Assembly: GCA_002773135.1 (NCBI GenBank)
Contig: PFCB01000016.1
Location: 1-57,506, forward strand
Source: Candidatus Magasanikbacteria bacterium CG10_big_fil_rev_8_21_14_0_10_47_10
GTDB lineage: Bacteria; Patescibacteriota; Patescibacteriia; Magasanikbacterales; UBA922
Direction of reading: 5' to 3'
Length of the DNA stretch: 57,506 nucleotides
The translations under genes were made by a program, and so were the position numbers. Each line of letters starts with the position of its first letter. Position 1 is the first letter of the stretch. The notes beneath the pieces are model-generated. The model was not told where the DNA came from, ran no database searches, and worked only from the letters and a program-made list of their open reading frames with translations. Shown here in pieces: positions 8,259 through 16,541 of the stretch.

Positions 8259-8332
8259 GGACCGGTAGTTCAACTGGTTAGAGCACCGCCCTGTCACGGC
8301 GGAAGTTGCGAGTTCGAGTCTCGTCCGGTCCG
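8259..8332 (+). tRNA. tRNA-Asp(GTC)
   Basis: Acceptor GGACCGG/CCGGTCC; D arm; anticodon arm ccgcc-ctGTCac-ggcgg; T loop ttcgagt; CCA not encoded. Confidence 0.97.
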
Positions 8333-8349
8333 CCTTTTTCTCTAAACGA

Positions 8350-8403
8350 GCCCTGCCTGCCCCGCCAACCGACCGAAGGGAGGTTCGGCAGGGCCCGGTC
8401 CGC
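8350..8403 (+). repeat. Nested palindromes followed by a copy of the tRNA-Asp 3' end
   Basis: cctgcctgcc...aaccgaccgaagggaggtt...cggcagg, then ccggtccgc (the tRNA acceptor 3' strand). Confidence 0.65.
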
Positions 8404-8437
8404 AAATCAAATGACCCCTTTGGGGTCTTTTTGATTT
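8404..8437 (+). terminator. Rho-independent terminator
   Basis: gacccc-ttt-ggggtc followed by ttttt. Confidence 0.7.
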
Positions 8438-8465
8438 ATTAAAGGATGGGGCTTGATGCACAACA

Positions 8466-8494
8466 TTGACAAATCCCCTAAAAACAACTATACT
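8466..8494 (+). promoter_or_regulatory. Sigma70-type promoter for the ABC-F gene
   Basis: TTGACA, 17 nt spacer, TATACT. Confidence 0.8.
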
Positions 8495-8514
8495 ACTGCC
8501 TCCTCATATAGAAT

Positions 8515-9987
8515 ATGTCAGCAGAAAACGTCATCATTCGATTTGACAACGTATCATTTCATTATACTGAAGACAAACCAATTTTGGATTCAGTCAATTT
8601 TTCAGTACGCGAAGATGCAAAAATTACCATCATGGGACAAAACGGTGCCGGAAAAAGTACTATTTTCAAACTGATTTGTGGCGCAGCAGACATTCCTGAA
8701 GTTGAAAAACTCAAACCTGCGGAAGGTCTTATCCACATTCGCAATAACGCAAGCATTGGTATTGCGCTCCAAGTAATGCCAAAACGCTTCTTTGGACTAA
8801 CCATCACAGAGTATTTTGCCACGGCTTTCAGTGAACAGACATACAATTTGGATAAACGTATTGCCGATGTCTTGGCAATTGTTGATCTTTCTATACCCCT
8901 TTCCAAAAGAATAGAAGAAATGTCCGGTGGCCAGCAGGCACGTCTATTGCTCGCGTATGCGCTTATTCAAAAGCCTGATATTCTTCTATTGGACGAACCC
9001 ACGAACAATCTGGATTCAGCCGGAATTGAACATTTAACCGGCTTCCTCATGATGTATGACAAAACGGTTATTGTCATTTCCCATGATGCTGATTTTTTGA
9101 ACGCCTTTACGGAAGGCGTTTTGAATGTCGATTTTCAAACAAAAAAAGTTGAGCAATATGTAGGCAACTACTTTAATGTAGTGGAGCAAATCCAAGCACA
9201 AATAGAACGGGAAGAAAAAAAGAACGCGCAACTGCGCAAAAGCATCCAAGACCGAAAGGACAAAGTCAACTTTTTTGCTCACAAAGGTGGAAAGATGCGA
9301 AAACTGGCGAGCAAGCTGAAAGAAGAAGTATCAGAAGCAGAGGAGGAGATGGTGAACGTGAAACAAGATGATAAAACCATTCGTGATTTTACTATTCCTG
9401 CGCAACCCTGGTCTGATATTCTTGTTCATATAACATCGGTCGGGACTATTCAACATCATGAAATTGTTACAAAGCCGGTTGATATCACACTATGGAAAAA
9501 AGATCGACTGCAAATTGTTGGACCAAATGGCATTGGTAAAAGTACACTTTTAAAAACACTTGCCCTTGAGAAAACAGAGAGTGCCGTTATCAATCCGGCA
9601 ATCAAAGTCGGGTATTATCAGCAGGATTTTTCAGGATTAGATTTTGATAAATCTGTCTATGAATCGTTGGCCGACATGATGGATGTGCCCGACAACCAGA
9701 CAATTTACGCGACAGGCGCTGCATTTTTACTTACAGCAGAGCTGATGAAAAACACGGTTGGCTCTCTATCCGAAGGGCAAAAAGGTCTTCTGTGCTATGC
9801 ACGATTCGTTTTGCAGAAGCCGGGTTTGCTTATTTTGGATGAGCCCACCAACCATATTAACTTTCGGCATCTGCCTGTTATCGCCAAGGCGATAGATAAT
9901 TTTGATGGGGCGATCATAATTGTCTCTCACATGCCGGAATTTATGGAGCATATCACTATTACCCAGACACTCGACCTCGGACGATAG
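8515..9987 (+). CDS. ABC-F family ATPase
   Basis: Two ABC domains (GQNGAGKST/MSGGQ/LLLDEPTNNLD and GPNGIGKST/LSEGQ/LILDEPTNH) joined by a charged linker; no TM segments. Confidence 0.93.
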   Translation: MSAENVIIRFDNVSFHYTEDKPILDSVNFSVREDAKITIMGQNGAGKSTIFKLICGAADIPEVEKLKPAEGLIHIRNNASIGIALQVMPKRFFGLTITEYFATAFSEQTYNLDKRIADVLAIVDLSIPLSKRIEEMSGGQQARLLLAYALIQKPDILLLDEPTNNLDSAGIEHLTGFLMMYDKTVIVISHDADFLNAFTEGVLNVDFQTKKVEQYVGNYFNVVEQIQAQIEREEKKNAQLRKSIQDRKDKVNFFAHKGGKMRKLASKLKEEVSEAEEEMVNVKQDDKTIRDFTIPAQPWSDILVHITSVGTIQHHEIVTKPVDITLWKKDRLQIVGPNGIGKSTLLKTLALEKTESAVINPAIKVGYYQQDFSGLDFDKSVYESLADMMDVPDNQTIYATGAAFLLTAELMKNTVGSLSEGQKGLLCYARFVLQKPGLLILDEPTNHINFRHLPVIAKAIDNFDGAIIIVSHMPEFMEHITITQTLDLGR

Positions 9988-9999
9988 TGTTCCTCTTTC

Positions 10000-10033
10000 A
10001 AAAAAAAGAACCGCCTCAGGCGGTTCTTTTTTT
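10000..10033. terminator. Bidirectional terminator between convergent genes
   Basis: A8-gaaccgcc-tca-ggcggttc followed by a T-tract. Confidence 0.85.
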
Positions 10034-10041
10034 ATTTGGTA

Positions 10042-12480
10042 TCATTCATCATTTATCTCCCCGGTCCGCTGCAATAGCTCTATTATTTCCTCCTGCGCTT
10101 CACTGCGGATATTACCGTCATTTACATCAAACAGCTGCATATGAAGCTCTGTGGTGCCGGCTGTCTTATTATTAAAACATAATTGATTTTCCTCAAAAAA
10201 GAGCGGCGAATTGATTTGTGCATCGAACGCACCTGACGCGGAGTACTTAAAGCTCTGAATATATACATTTTTATCTTCATTCCCCACAAATTCATCGTTA
10301 TCGTACCAGAATTCAACAACGCCCGGGCCCGGTATCGCAGTGTCATATGTTTCATAACGATTTGAAAGGATTGTAATGTCGCCAACATGATTTTTGTTGA
10401 GCAAGACATTGATATGCGGATATCTCCCTTCAACGGCGTCACCGCGAGCGGTAATACGCATCACGCCTGCGCCTGCCACTTTGGTAGAAACTGAGACATT
10501 TGACCACATTCCCAGATACGTCGGTCTTGTAATGTCGAGGGGGACAGAAATCCGATAGAGGTTGTCAGCATCCGGTGGATATTTTATGTCTTTTATATTG
10601 ATCGGATGAATATCTGTGCGGGGAAAACTGCTCAATAAAACGTCCCGTACGAAAGGAATCGTTCCTGTTACTGCGGGATTGTCCCACGCGACAAAGTTTT
10701 TCACAATGCTCGGTACATGTTCAAAACGCTGCACCTTTGCTCTCTTGTCACCCGGCGCAACCTCAAAACAAAACCTATCACCACTATCACCTTCATCCAG
10801 CACAGAGTGGATATACAACTCATTATTTTCTGTTATGAATTGATCATTTTCTTCCAACTTTTCATGATTCCCCGAATAAAATTGCTGGGGTGAATCTTCA
10901 TACGAATCAATATATGTAGGCTCGGTTGGATGCTCATAAAAATCACCAAAATAGTCGCCTTCCATATCGCGTGGGATAGGGAGACCGAGCGCGTGCAAAA
11001 TATTTGGTGCAATGTCTGTATAATCAAAACCCGAAACACGTACTCCTTTACGAATATTAGGGCCAACCCAGACAAAGATACCCAGAGGGCCTGTTGGATC
11101 TGCATAGTGATTGCCCGACTCGATGGATAATTTCAAAAAATCTTTAAATGCTATTTCTCGGTCGCCAATCACAATGATATCGTCTACAATTGATCGTTTT
11201 ATATCATACACAACATCGGCCTCATCTCTCTCGGATTTACCCACCGACACAAACATACTTTGCCCATCCCGCGTCTTCACGCTCTCCAGTGCCGTAACAA
11301 TACGATCTCTCATTGCTTCATACTGCTGCTGTGGGACAATACCGTCCTGGTATTTACCCTGAATATTAATGCAAAGCCGTCTCTGCCAATCAAACGTATT
11401 ATTATTGCATTCAAACGCGACGCTTTTAGCAAAGTCCACTTTACCATTTGGGAGATACTGAAGCAGACCAAGATATGAAAGCAACACATTAAATTTTTCA
11501 ACGCGATAGCCTCCGGCAGGATCAGCAAAATGTCCATGGTCAGACATGACGATAATATTGGTGTTCGGACCTGATCTTTTTATGTATTCCCCGAGCAGTT
11601 TATCCTGCTCAATGTATATTTCTTCAATAAAATTGCCATACTCCTGAACCAAAGTGGGGTCAACATCATTAAATTTTTCCGGCCACAAAAATTTCAAAAA
11701 AAGGTGCTGTGACGCGTCCACAGTACCGGCAATTTGAAACAAAACATCCGGTTTTTCTTTATCAAAAAGCGCAAGACTGATCGGGCTAAACAACCGGGTC
11801 AACAACGCGAACTGGTCGTGTGCGACTTTAAAAAATGCAGCGTCATTTAAGCTTTTTGGCTCGGGAAATGTCACTTCCAAATCCTTCCCCAAGACAGAAA
11901 AGCCCAGCTCCTTCGCAGCGGACAGCATGATATCATTCTTCAGACGATCCGGGCTCACGCCACGATCCACGCTAAACAATGATTGTTCTGTCACGACATA
12001 TCCATTGATTTGTTCCGCTGGCCATGTGGCCCAATAACTGAATACACCCACTTTCAAACCGGCTTCCGACAAAATATTCCACAATGCCTTTACCCTCCGA
12101 TCTTCCGAAGTAATAAGTTGCGTTGTGTAGTCCTCTTCGTTCAACGAGATAAAATTATTCACACCATGCCGCTGCGGCGACACGCCTGTTACCGCAGTAG
12201 TCCATATGGCCGGAGAAATGGTCGGATTGAGCGTTGGCGGTGATGATCGAACACCATTTTTTATCAAATATTGCAAATTGGGCATCTTCCCCTGTTCTAT
12301 CAGCGGGTCAATAACCTGCCACATTGCCGCGTCTATCCCAAGCAAAAGTAATGTTGGCTCGTCTCCGGGCTCAAGCTGCGGTACCGTGCTATCGGTATCC
12401 CAATACAGCCAAGCGGCGACAGCACCGACGCTGATGGACACAAGAAGGACAAATGTAATGATGATTTTTTTCCAAGGCAT
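10042..12480 (-). CDS. Membrane-anchored alkaline-phosphatase-superfamily (nucleotide pyrophosphatase/phosphodiesterase) protein with C-terminal CBM60-like domain
   Basis: N-terminal TM; LLLLGIDAA, PTISPAIWTT..TG..P..HG, MSDHG, D.TDIAPNIL..LGLPIP.DMEG; C-terminal F.YDND...EDKNVYIQS. Confidence 0.8.
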   Translation of the reverse strand: MPWKKIIITFVLLVSISVGAVAAWLYWDTDSTVPQLEPGDEPTLLLLGIDAAMWQVIDPLIEQGKMPNLQYLIKNGVRSSPPTLNPTISPAIWTTAVTGVSPQRHGVNNFISLNEEDYTTQLITSEDRRVKALWNILSEAGLKVGVFSYWATWPAEQINGYVVTEQSLFSVDRGVSPDRLKNDIMLSAAKELGFSVLGKDLEVTFPEPKSLNDAAFFKVAHDQFALLTRLFSPISLALFDKEKPDVLFQIAGTVDASQHLFLKFLWPEKFNDVDPTLVQEYGNFIEEIYIEQDKLLGEYIKRSGPNTNIIVMSDHGHFADPAGGYRVEKFNVLLSYLGLLQYLPNGKVDFAKSVAFECNNNTFDWQRRLCINIQGKYQDGIVPQQQYEAMRDRIVTALESVKTRDGQSMFVSVGKSERDEADVVYDIKRSIVDDIIVIGDREIAFKDFLKLSIESGNHYADPTGPLGIFVWVGPNIRKGVRVSGFDYTDIAPNILHALGLPIPRDMEGDYFGDFYEHPTEPTYIDSYEDSPQQFYSGNHEKLEENDQFITENNELYIHSVLDEGDSGDRFCFEVAPGDKRAKVQRFEHVPSIVKNFVAWDNPAVTGTIPFVRDVLLSSFPRTDIHPINIKDIKYPPDADNLYRISVPLDITRPTYLGMWSNVSVSTKVAGAGVMRITARGDAVEGRYPHINVLLNKNHVGDITILSNRYETYDTAIPGPGVVEFWYDNDEFVGNEDKNVYIQSFKYSASGAFDAQINSPLFFEENQLCFNNKTAGTTELHMQLFDVNDGNIRSEAQEEIIELLQRTGEINDE

Positions 12481-12485
12481 ATGTG

Positions 12486-14162
12486 TTATTTCTTTTTTCT
12501 ATTCTCACGTCCGGCTGAATCGATATCAGGCGTTGTAAATGGATTCATATACGGCCGTTTTTTCATCTTAGGCGCTTTCTTTTGGTCCGGCGCCACTGTT
12601 TTTTTCCATTTATATCTCCAAAGCGCGTACATAAAAAGAACGGTAAAGAGGAAAATGAGTAACACCAATATATAATACAACCAGCTCCATTTGTTCAAAC
12701 TCTGCCATTTTTTCAGCGTGAAAGAACCATTTGTCCCCTGCTCGTAATCAACTTCATTGTTAAATAGATCGCGTGCTTTTATATTCAAAAATCCATTTGC
12801 AAATGATAAATAATTCAATTCAACAGCGAAACAGCCCTCGCATCCGCCCGGAACAATATCTCCACGCCCATACTGAAAACCATATGGGGTCTCTATCTTA
12901 AGGGATGACCGATCCATCCCTATCCCGCGAAGTTTATGATCATTCCAATAATACTCGGGATCTTTTACCACAACGGTTAACTGGTGATTCCACAATGACT
13001 TCAGTTCATCGTGGACATCCACAATTTCAGGAACCGTCACATCCATGAGCATTGCCACCTGACCGATGGAAAAGCATGTTTTTCTAAATTGAGATAGATT
13101 CACATAAAAGCCATAGGGCGCGTTCCGGTCCCAAAACCGCAATATATCTTTTTGCCACAGTCGAACCGCCTCATCCCTAAATTTTTCTTCCCCTGTTTGC
13201 GACCACTCCACCAGCTCCATTGCAAGCATTTTATCATAGAAATCTCTCCCATTGTCCGAGAGTTCACCAATAGTGGTCGGGTCAAACTGCTTAAAGTCAT
13301 CGTGACCGGATCGGCCATACAGCAAATGAAGCTGCTTTCCCTCGGCATAGGCAGCCTCGCTTCCTAAAAGGTAGCCATAAAATAATTTTTCAAAAGCCGC
13401 TGTTCCATGATAGTAGGTATACTGAGACTGACCCGTCTTTACCAGCTCCCGGGCATACACCCCCCTGTACAGCGCGTCATAGCGCTGTACATAATCCAAT
13501 GCATCTATATTGCCGGTCAGCACATACTCTTCATACTGGCCCATGTGCTCTGCAAATCGATACCCAATATCCGGATATGGCTCAAATTCAGCAAAAATAC
13601 GACCATCAGGATTTTTTTTGCGTTGTGCCGCGTTTGTGTCCTTCGCAATGGCCAAGTATGCTTCATCCCCCGTAATGCGATACGCCTCCAGCAGGGCGTA
13701 CGAAATGAAAGAATCCGAACGAGGATTCCAAAAAAATTCAACTCTTGCGTTGGTCTCGGGATCATAATAGTCATACCACTCTCCGTTTCCAACGTATAAC
13801 TCTGTAATCAAATAATCCGCGGCTGATCGAATCATTTCCACGTTGACACTATCGGGCACCTGCGAATCCAAACCACCAAGCCACAATATAATATTTGCCT
13901 GAAAAATAGAAAACTTCCTTGGGTCGGCAACAGTCCCGTCCCTGTCAACCCAATAATAAAACCCTCCGCGGTCATGATCCCACACGTATTGTCGCAAAAA
14001 TTCACGTTCTTCTATAAAAATCTCTTGGGCGGGACTTTCTTCAATTGGAGCGATCTGTGCCGACGCGGGCTGGATCGTAAGAGCATCTGCCTGGGTAAAA
14101 TCCGACAATATAAAAAAACTTATACCAAAAACAAGTCCAATTGAAAAAAAAATTTTTCTCAT
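12486..14162 (-). CDS. Exported (alpha/alpha)6-barrel protein, AGE/cellobiose 2-epimerase-like, with C-terminal TM anchor
   Basis: Signal peptide; WDHDRGGFYYWVDRDG..K...Q resembles the AGE-family N-terminus; hydrophobic C-terminal helix with a basic tail. Confidence 0.6.
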   Translation of the reverse strand: MRKIFFSIGLVFGISFFILSDFTQADALTIQPASAQIAPIEESPAQEIFIEEREFLRQYVWDHDRGGFYYWVDRDGTVADPRKFSIFQANIILWLGGLDSQVPDSVNVEMIRSAADYLITELYVGNGEWYDYYDPETNARVEFFWNPRSDSFISYALLEAYRITGDEAYLAIAKDTNAAQRKKNPDGRIFAEFEPYPDIGYRFAEHMGQYEEYVLTGNIDALDYVQRYDALYRGVYARELVKTGQSQYTYYHGTAAFEKLFYGYLLGSEAAYAEGKQLHLLYGRSGHDDFKQFDPTTIGELSDNGRDFYDKMLAMELVEWSQTGEEKFRDEAVRLWQKDILRFWDRNAPYGFYVNLSQFRKTCFSIGQVAMLMDVTVPEIVDVHDELKSLWNHQLTVVVKDPEYYWNDHKLRGIGMDRSSLKIETPYGFQYGRGDIVPGGCEGCFAVELNYLSFANGFLNIKARDLFNNEVDYEQGTNGSFTLKKWQSLNKWSWLYYILVLLIFLFTVLFMYALWRYKWKKTVAPDQKKAPKMKKRPYMNPFTTPDIDSAGRENRKKK

Positions 14163-14170
14163 ACGGTAAA

Positions 14171-15358
14171 CTACAGGCTAGTATACAATACCATGGCCAA
14201 AACGTACATTGCTTGCCCGGGCAATTGAACCTCGGTATTACGCCAGACATCAGATCGCTGCCAGTCAAATCCCTTTTCGTCAGGGCCGTTTATGAGTGCG
14301 CCGGATAAATCGCACGCACTAAAAAAATGACAGGGATGATACACATCGTCGTACTCAGTAAAATTTACCGCATATTCATTTTCCCCATGCAAATACGCGT
14401 ACAGGCGACTGGACAAGTCAGAAAATTCATTACTGCCAAATCGCTTTTTATACAATCGTTCCAGAGCAATGGTTCCCGCGATATCATAATTTCCGCCAAT
14501 ATAGTCAAAGACCTTTGTGTCACTATCAAATCGATCACCCACTTTCGTAAGCACACGCGCAATGGTTCGCTCTTCTTCTTGCTCAATATTAAGGAGCGCG
14601 GCAAACCGAATGCCCCAAAGGTCCGGCAGCGATGTAGCATCAACATCTTTTATGTCAGCCAAGTCAAGCAGCCCCTCGTATTCTCCCTCGCGCAACGAAA
14701 GTGGCCCCTCTTCACAGCAATTCTCTGAAACGGTCATATTTTCAAGCGTGCGCGCCGTGTCGCGCATCCGCCGGCTGAGTCCTTCATTGCCGAGATTAGC
14801 ATACACAAGACTCAACATGGCATAAATATCTCGCCCTTCGCCATCCCGAAAAAAATACGTCTGCTGCGGATACACGCGTTCATTCCATGATGGTGGAAGG
14901 TTGACTCCATGAACATCTTGATCACGAAATTGTTTATACCCCGCGGCAATCATTTGCTCCACGCACCCAAGCTGCTGATCAATTACTTTTTTTAGATCTT
15001 TTTTCACTTCTTCTCCCTCTGCATATTGATAGGCCATTGAGAGATATACCAATGCTTGCGTATTTCTTTGAATAAACACGATATAGTCCCCCGCGTCGTA
15101 CCAGCAGCCCTTCACAGGGTCATTGTGTTGACTTTGATTCAGTACAAATACGCGCAATGCCGACCCAATGTCCGATGAAAAAGATATTGACCGATTGGCG
15201 GTGCGGTATCCTTGCGTACTATAAAAAAACAGTACCCAGTACAGGAGAACACCAATACATACCAGCAGGATACTGCCGATGGCAATACTAAATTTTTTTC
15301 TTTTCAAGAAATTCGCTAAGTTCTTTGGCATATTCAGGAACACTGAGACCATAGTCAA
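14171..15358 (-). CDS. Glycoside hydrolase family 9 (endoglucanase-like), N-terminal TM
   Basis: GCWYDAGDY (GH9 DAGD), YHPCH, GALINGPD and NTEV matching the C-terminal catalytic Glu region. Confidence 0.82.
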   Translation of the reverse strand: MTMVSVFLNMPKNLANFLKRKKFSIAIGSILLVCIGVLLYWVLFFYSTQGYRTANRSISFSSDIGSALRVFVLNQSQHNDPVKGCWYDAGDYIVFIQRNTQALVYLSMAYQYAEGEEVKKDLKKVIDQQLGCVEQMIAAGYKQFRDQDVHGVNLPPSWNERVYPQQTYFFRDGEGRDIYAMLSLVYANLGNEGLSRRMRDTARTLENMTVSENCCEEGPLSLREGEYEGLLDLADIKDVDATSLPDLWGIRFAALLNIEQEEERTIARVLTKVGDRFDSDTKVFDYIGGNYDIAGTIALERLYKKRFGSNEFSDLSSRLYAYLHGENEYAVNFTEYDDVYHPCHFFSACDLSGALINGPDEKGFDWQRSDVWRNTEVQLPGQAMYVLAMVLYTSL

Positions 15359-16172
15359 TAAGAGATTTCATATAACTCACCGGGTTCCCGCAATCAAAGT
15401 ACCGCGCGCCGGGTATTATTTTTGCGTGGAGCCCTGTCACGGGCTTCATGGTATTGAGCAAATCCGTAATGCATAACTCACCATCCACGCCCGGCGCGGT
15501 TATTGCAAATGCATCAAAAATTTCAGGGGTCAAAACATACGCGCCATGCGTCGCATATGACGACGGTTCCGTGCCAAAAGCGGGCTTTTCAACAATACGG
15601 ACGATTTTTTTTATGGTGGGATCACTCTGTCCATCAATGTCATCCAGCTCGGCCATCCCGTAGCGTTGCCGTTCCTTTGGATCAACAATTTCCACTGCGG
15701 AAATCACAGGGCTACCCACTTTTTCAAACGTATCGATGCACTGCTTCACTCGCGGTTCGCCGTCAGAGAGCATGATTTCATCGGACCAAACCAAGACAAA
15801 TGGATCGTCGCGCAGCAAATGTTCTGCGGCCAAAAGTGCTCCTCCGTTTCCATATGGCGGTTTTTTGTACACGTATGTAAAGTTAGCCATTTGTGTAATA
15901 CCACGCATCTCCGCGACTAATCCGGGCTTCCCCTTATCCGTTAAAAATTTCTCAAAGGTTTCATCGGATGAAAAAAAATGTTCAATCGCCTCTTTTTCCG
16001 GAGAAACGACAAAAATAATATTTTCAATACCCGACGCCACAACCTCTTCAACAACATGCATAATAATAGGTTTGCTCCCCAGTGGGAACATTTCTTTCGG
16101 CACTGTTTTTGACGCCGGTAAAAATCGCGTTCCATACCCACCCGCCGGAATAATTGCTGTTTTGATTGACAT
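15288..16172 (-). CDS. galU: UTP-glucose-1-phosphate uridylyltransferase
   Basis: KTAIIPAGGYGTRFLPASKTVPKEMFP, VEKP, ITDLL, YFDCGN. Confidence 0.92.
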   Translation of the reverse strand: MSIKTAIIPAGGYGTRFLPASKTVPKEMFPLGSKPIIMHVVEEVVASGIENIIFVVSPEKEAIEHFFSSDETFEKFLTDKGKPGLVAEMRGITQMANFTYVYKKPPYGNGGALLAAEHLLRDDPFVLVWSDEIMLSDGEPRVKQCIDTFEKVGSPVISAVEIVDPKERQRYGMAELDDIDGQSDPTIKKIVRIVEKPAFGTEPSSYATHGAYVLTPEIFDAFAITAPGVDGELCITDLLNTMKPVTGLHAKIIPGARYFDCGNPVSYMKSLIDYGLSVPEYAKELSEFLEKKKI

Positions 16173-16179
16173 ATTAACG

Positions 16180-16353
16180 TTAATCTAAATATCCAATAAT
16201 TTTGGTAATAATAATCTGCTTTTGTTTTATATTGTCCATGAGACGTTCTGCGTCTTCATCACGGAACTCAACCGTTCGTATCAGTCCAATGACATCTTCT
16301 TCAATGAGGACAAGATCCCGCAGCCTTGATTTTAGGTCATCACTGGTCATCAT
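16180..16353 (-). CDS. Small hypothetical protein (57 aa, MMTSDDLKSRLRDLVLIEEDVIG...)
   Basis: Hand-translated; its ATGATG overlaps the TGA of the upstream small ORF; ends 7 nt before galU. Confidence 0.6.
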   Translation of the reverse strand: MMTSDDLKSRLRDLVLIEEDVIGLIRTVEFRDEDAERLMDNIKQKQIIITKIIGYLD

Positions 16354-16541
16354 AAATATTTATCAAAGATATACCTATTTTCAAGTGTGAGCTTTTTTAA
16401 TTGGTCGATAAAGCCGAGTATTTCTCTTTCTCTCCCTTTCCCGACTTTTTGAAAATGAAAGACGGATGAGAGGCTAAATTCAAGTTGATCAAAAAAAAGT
16501 CCTTCCAATACTTTAGCTTTTTCTATTAATTCCTTTTGCAT
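16350..16541 (-). CDS. Small hypothetical protein (63 aa, MQKELIEKAK...)
   Basis: Distal part of ORF-track ORF 16350..16625; overlaps the end of the GT2 gene, consistent with translational coupling. Confidence 0.55.
   Translation of the reverse strand: MQKELIEKAKVLEGLFFDQLEFSLSSVFHFQKVGKGREREILGFIDQLKKLTLENRYIFDKYL

Noticed and set aside
7917-8405. 162 aa minus-strand ORF
   Set aside because: It is antisense to tRNA-Asp and its palindromic flanks; a typical shadow ORF.
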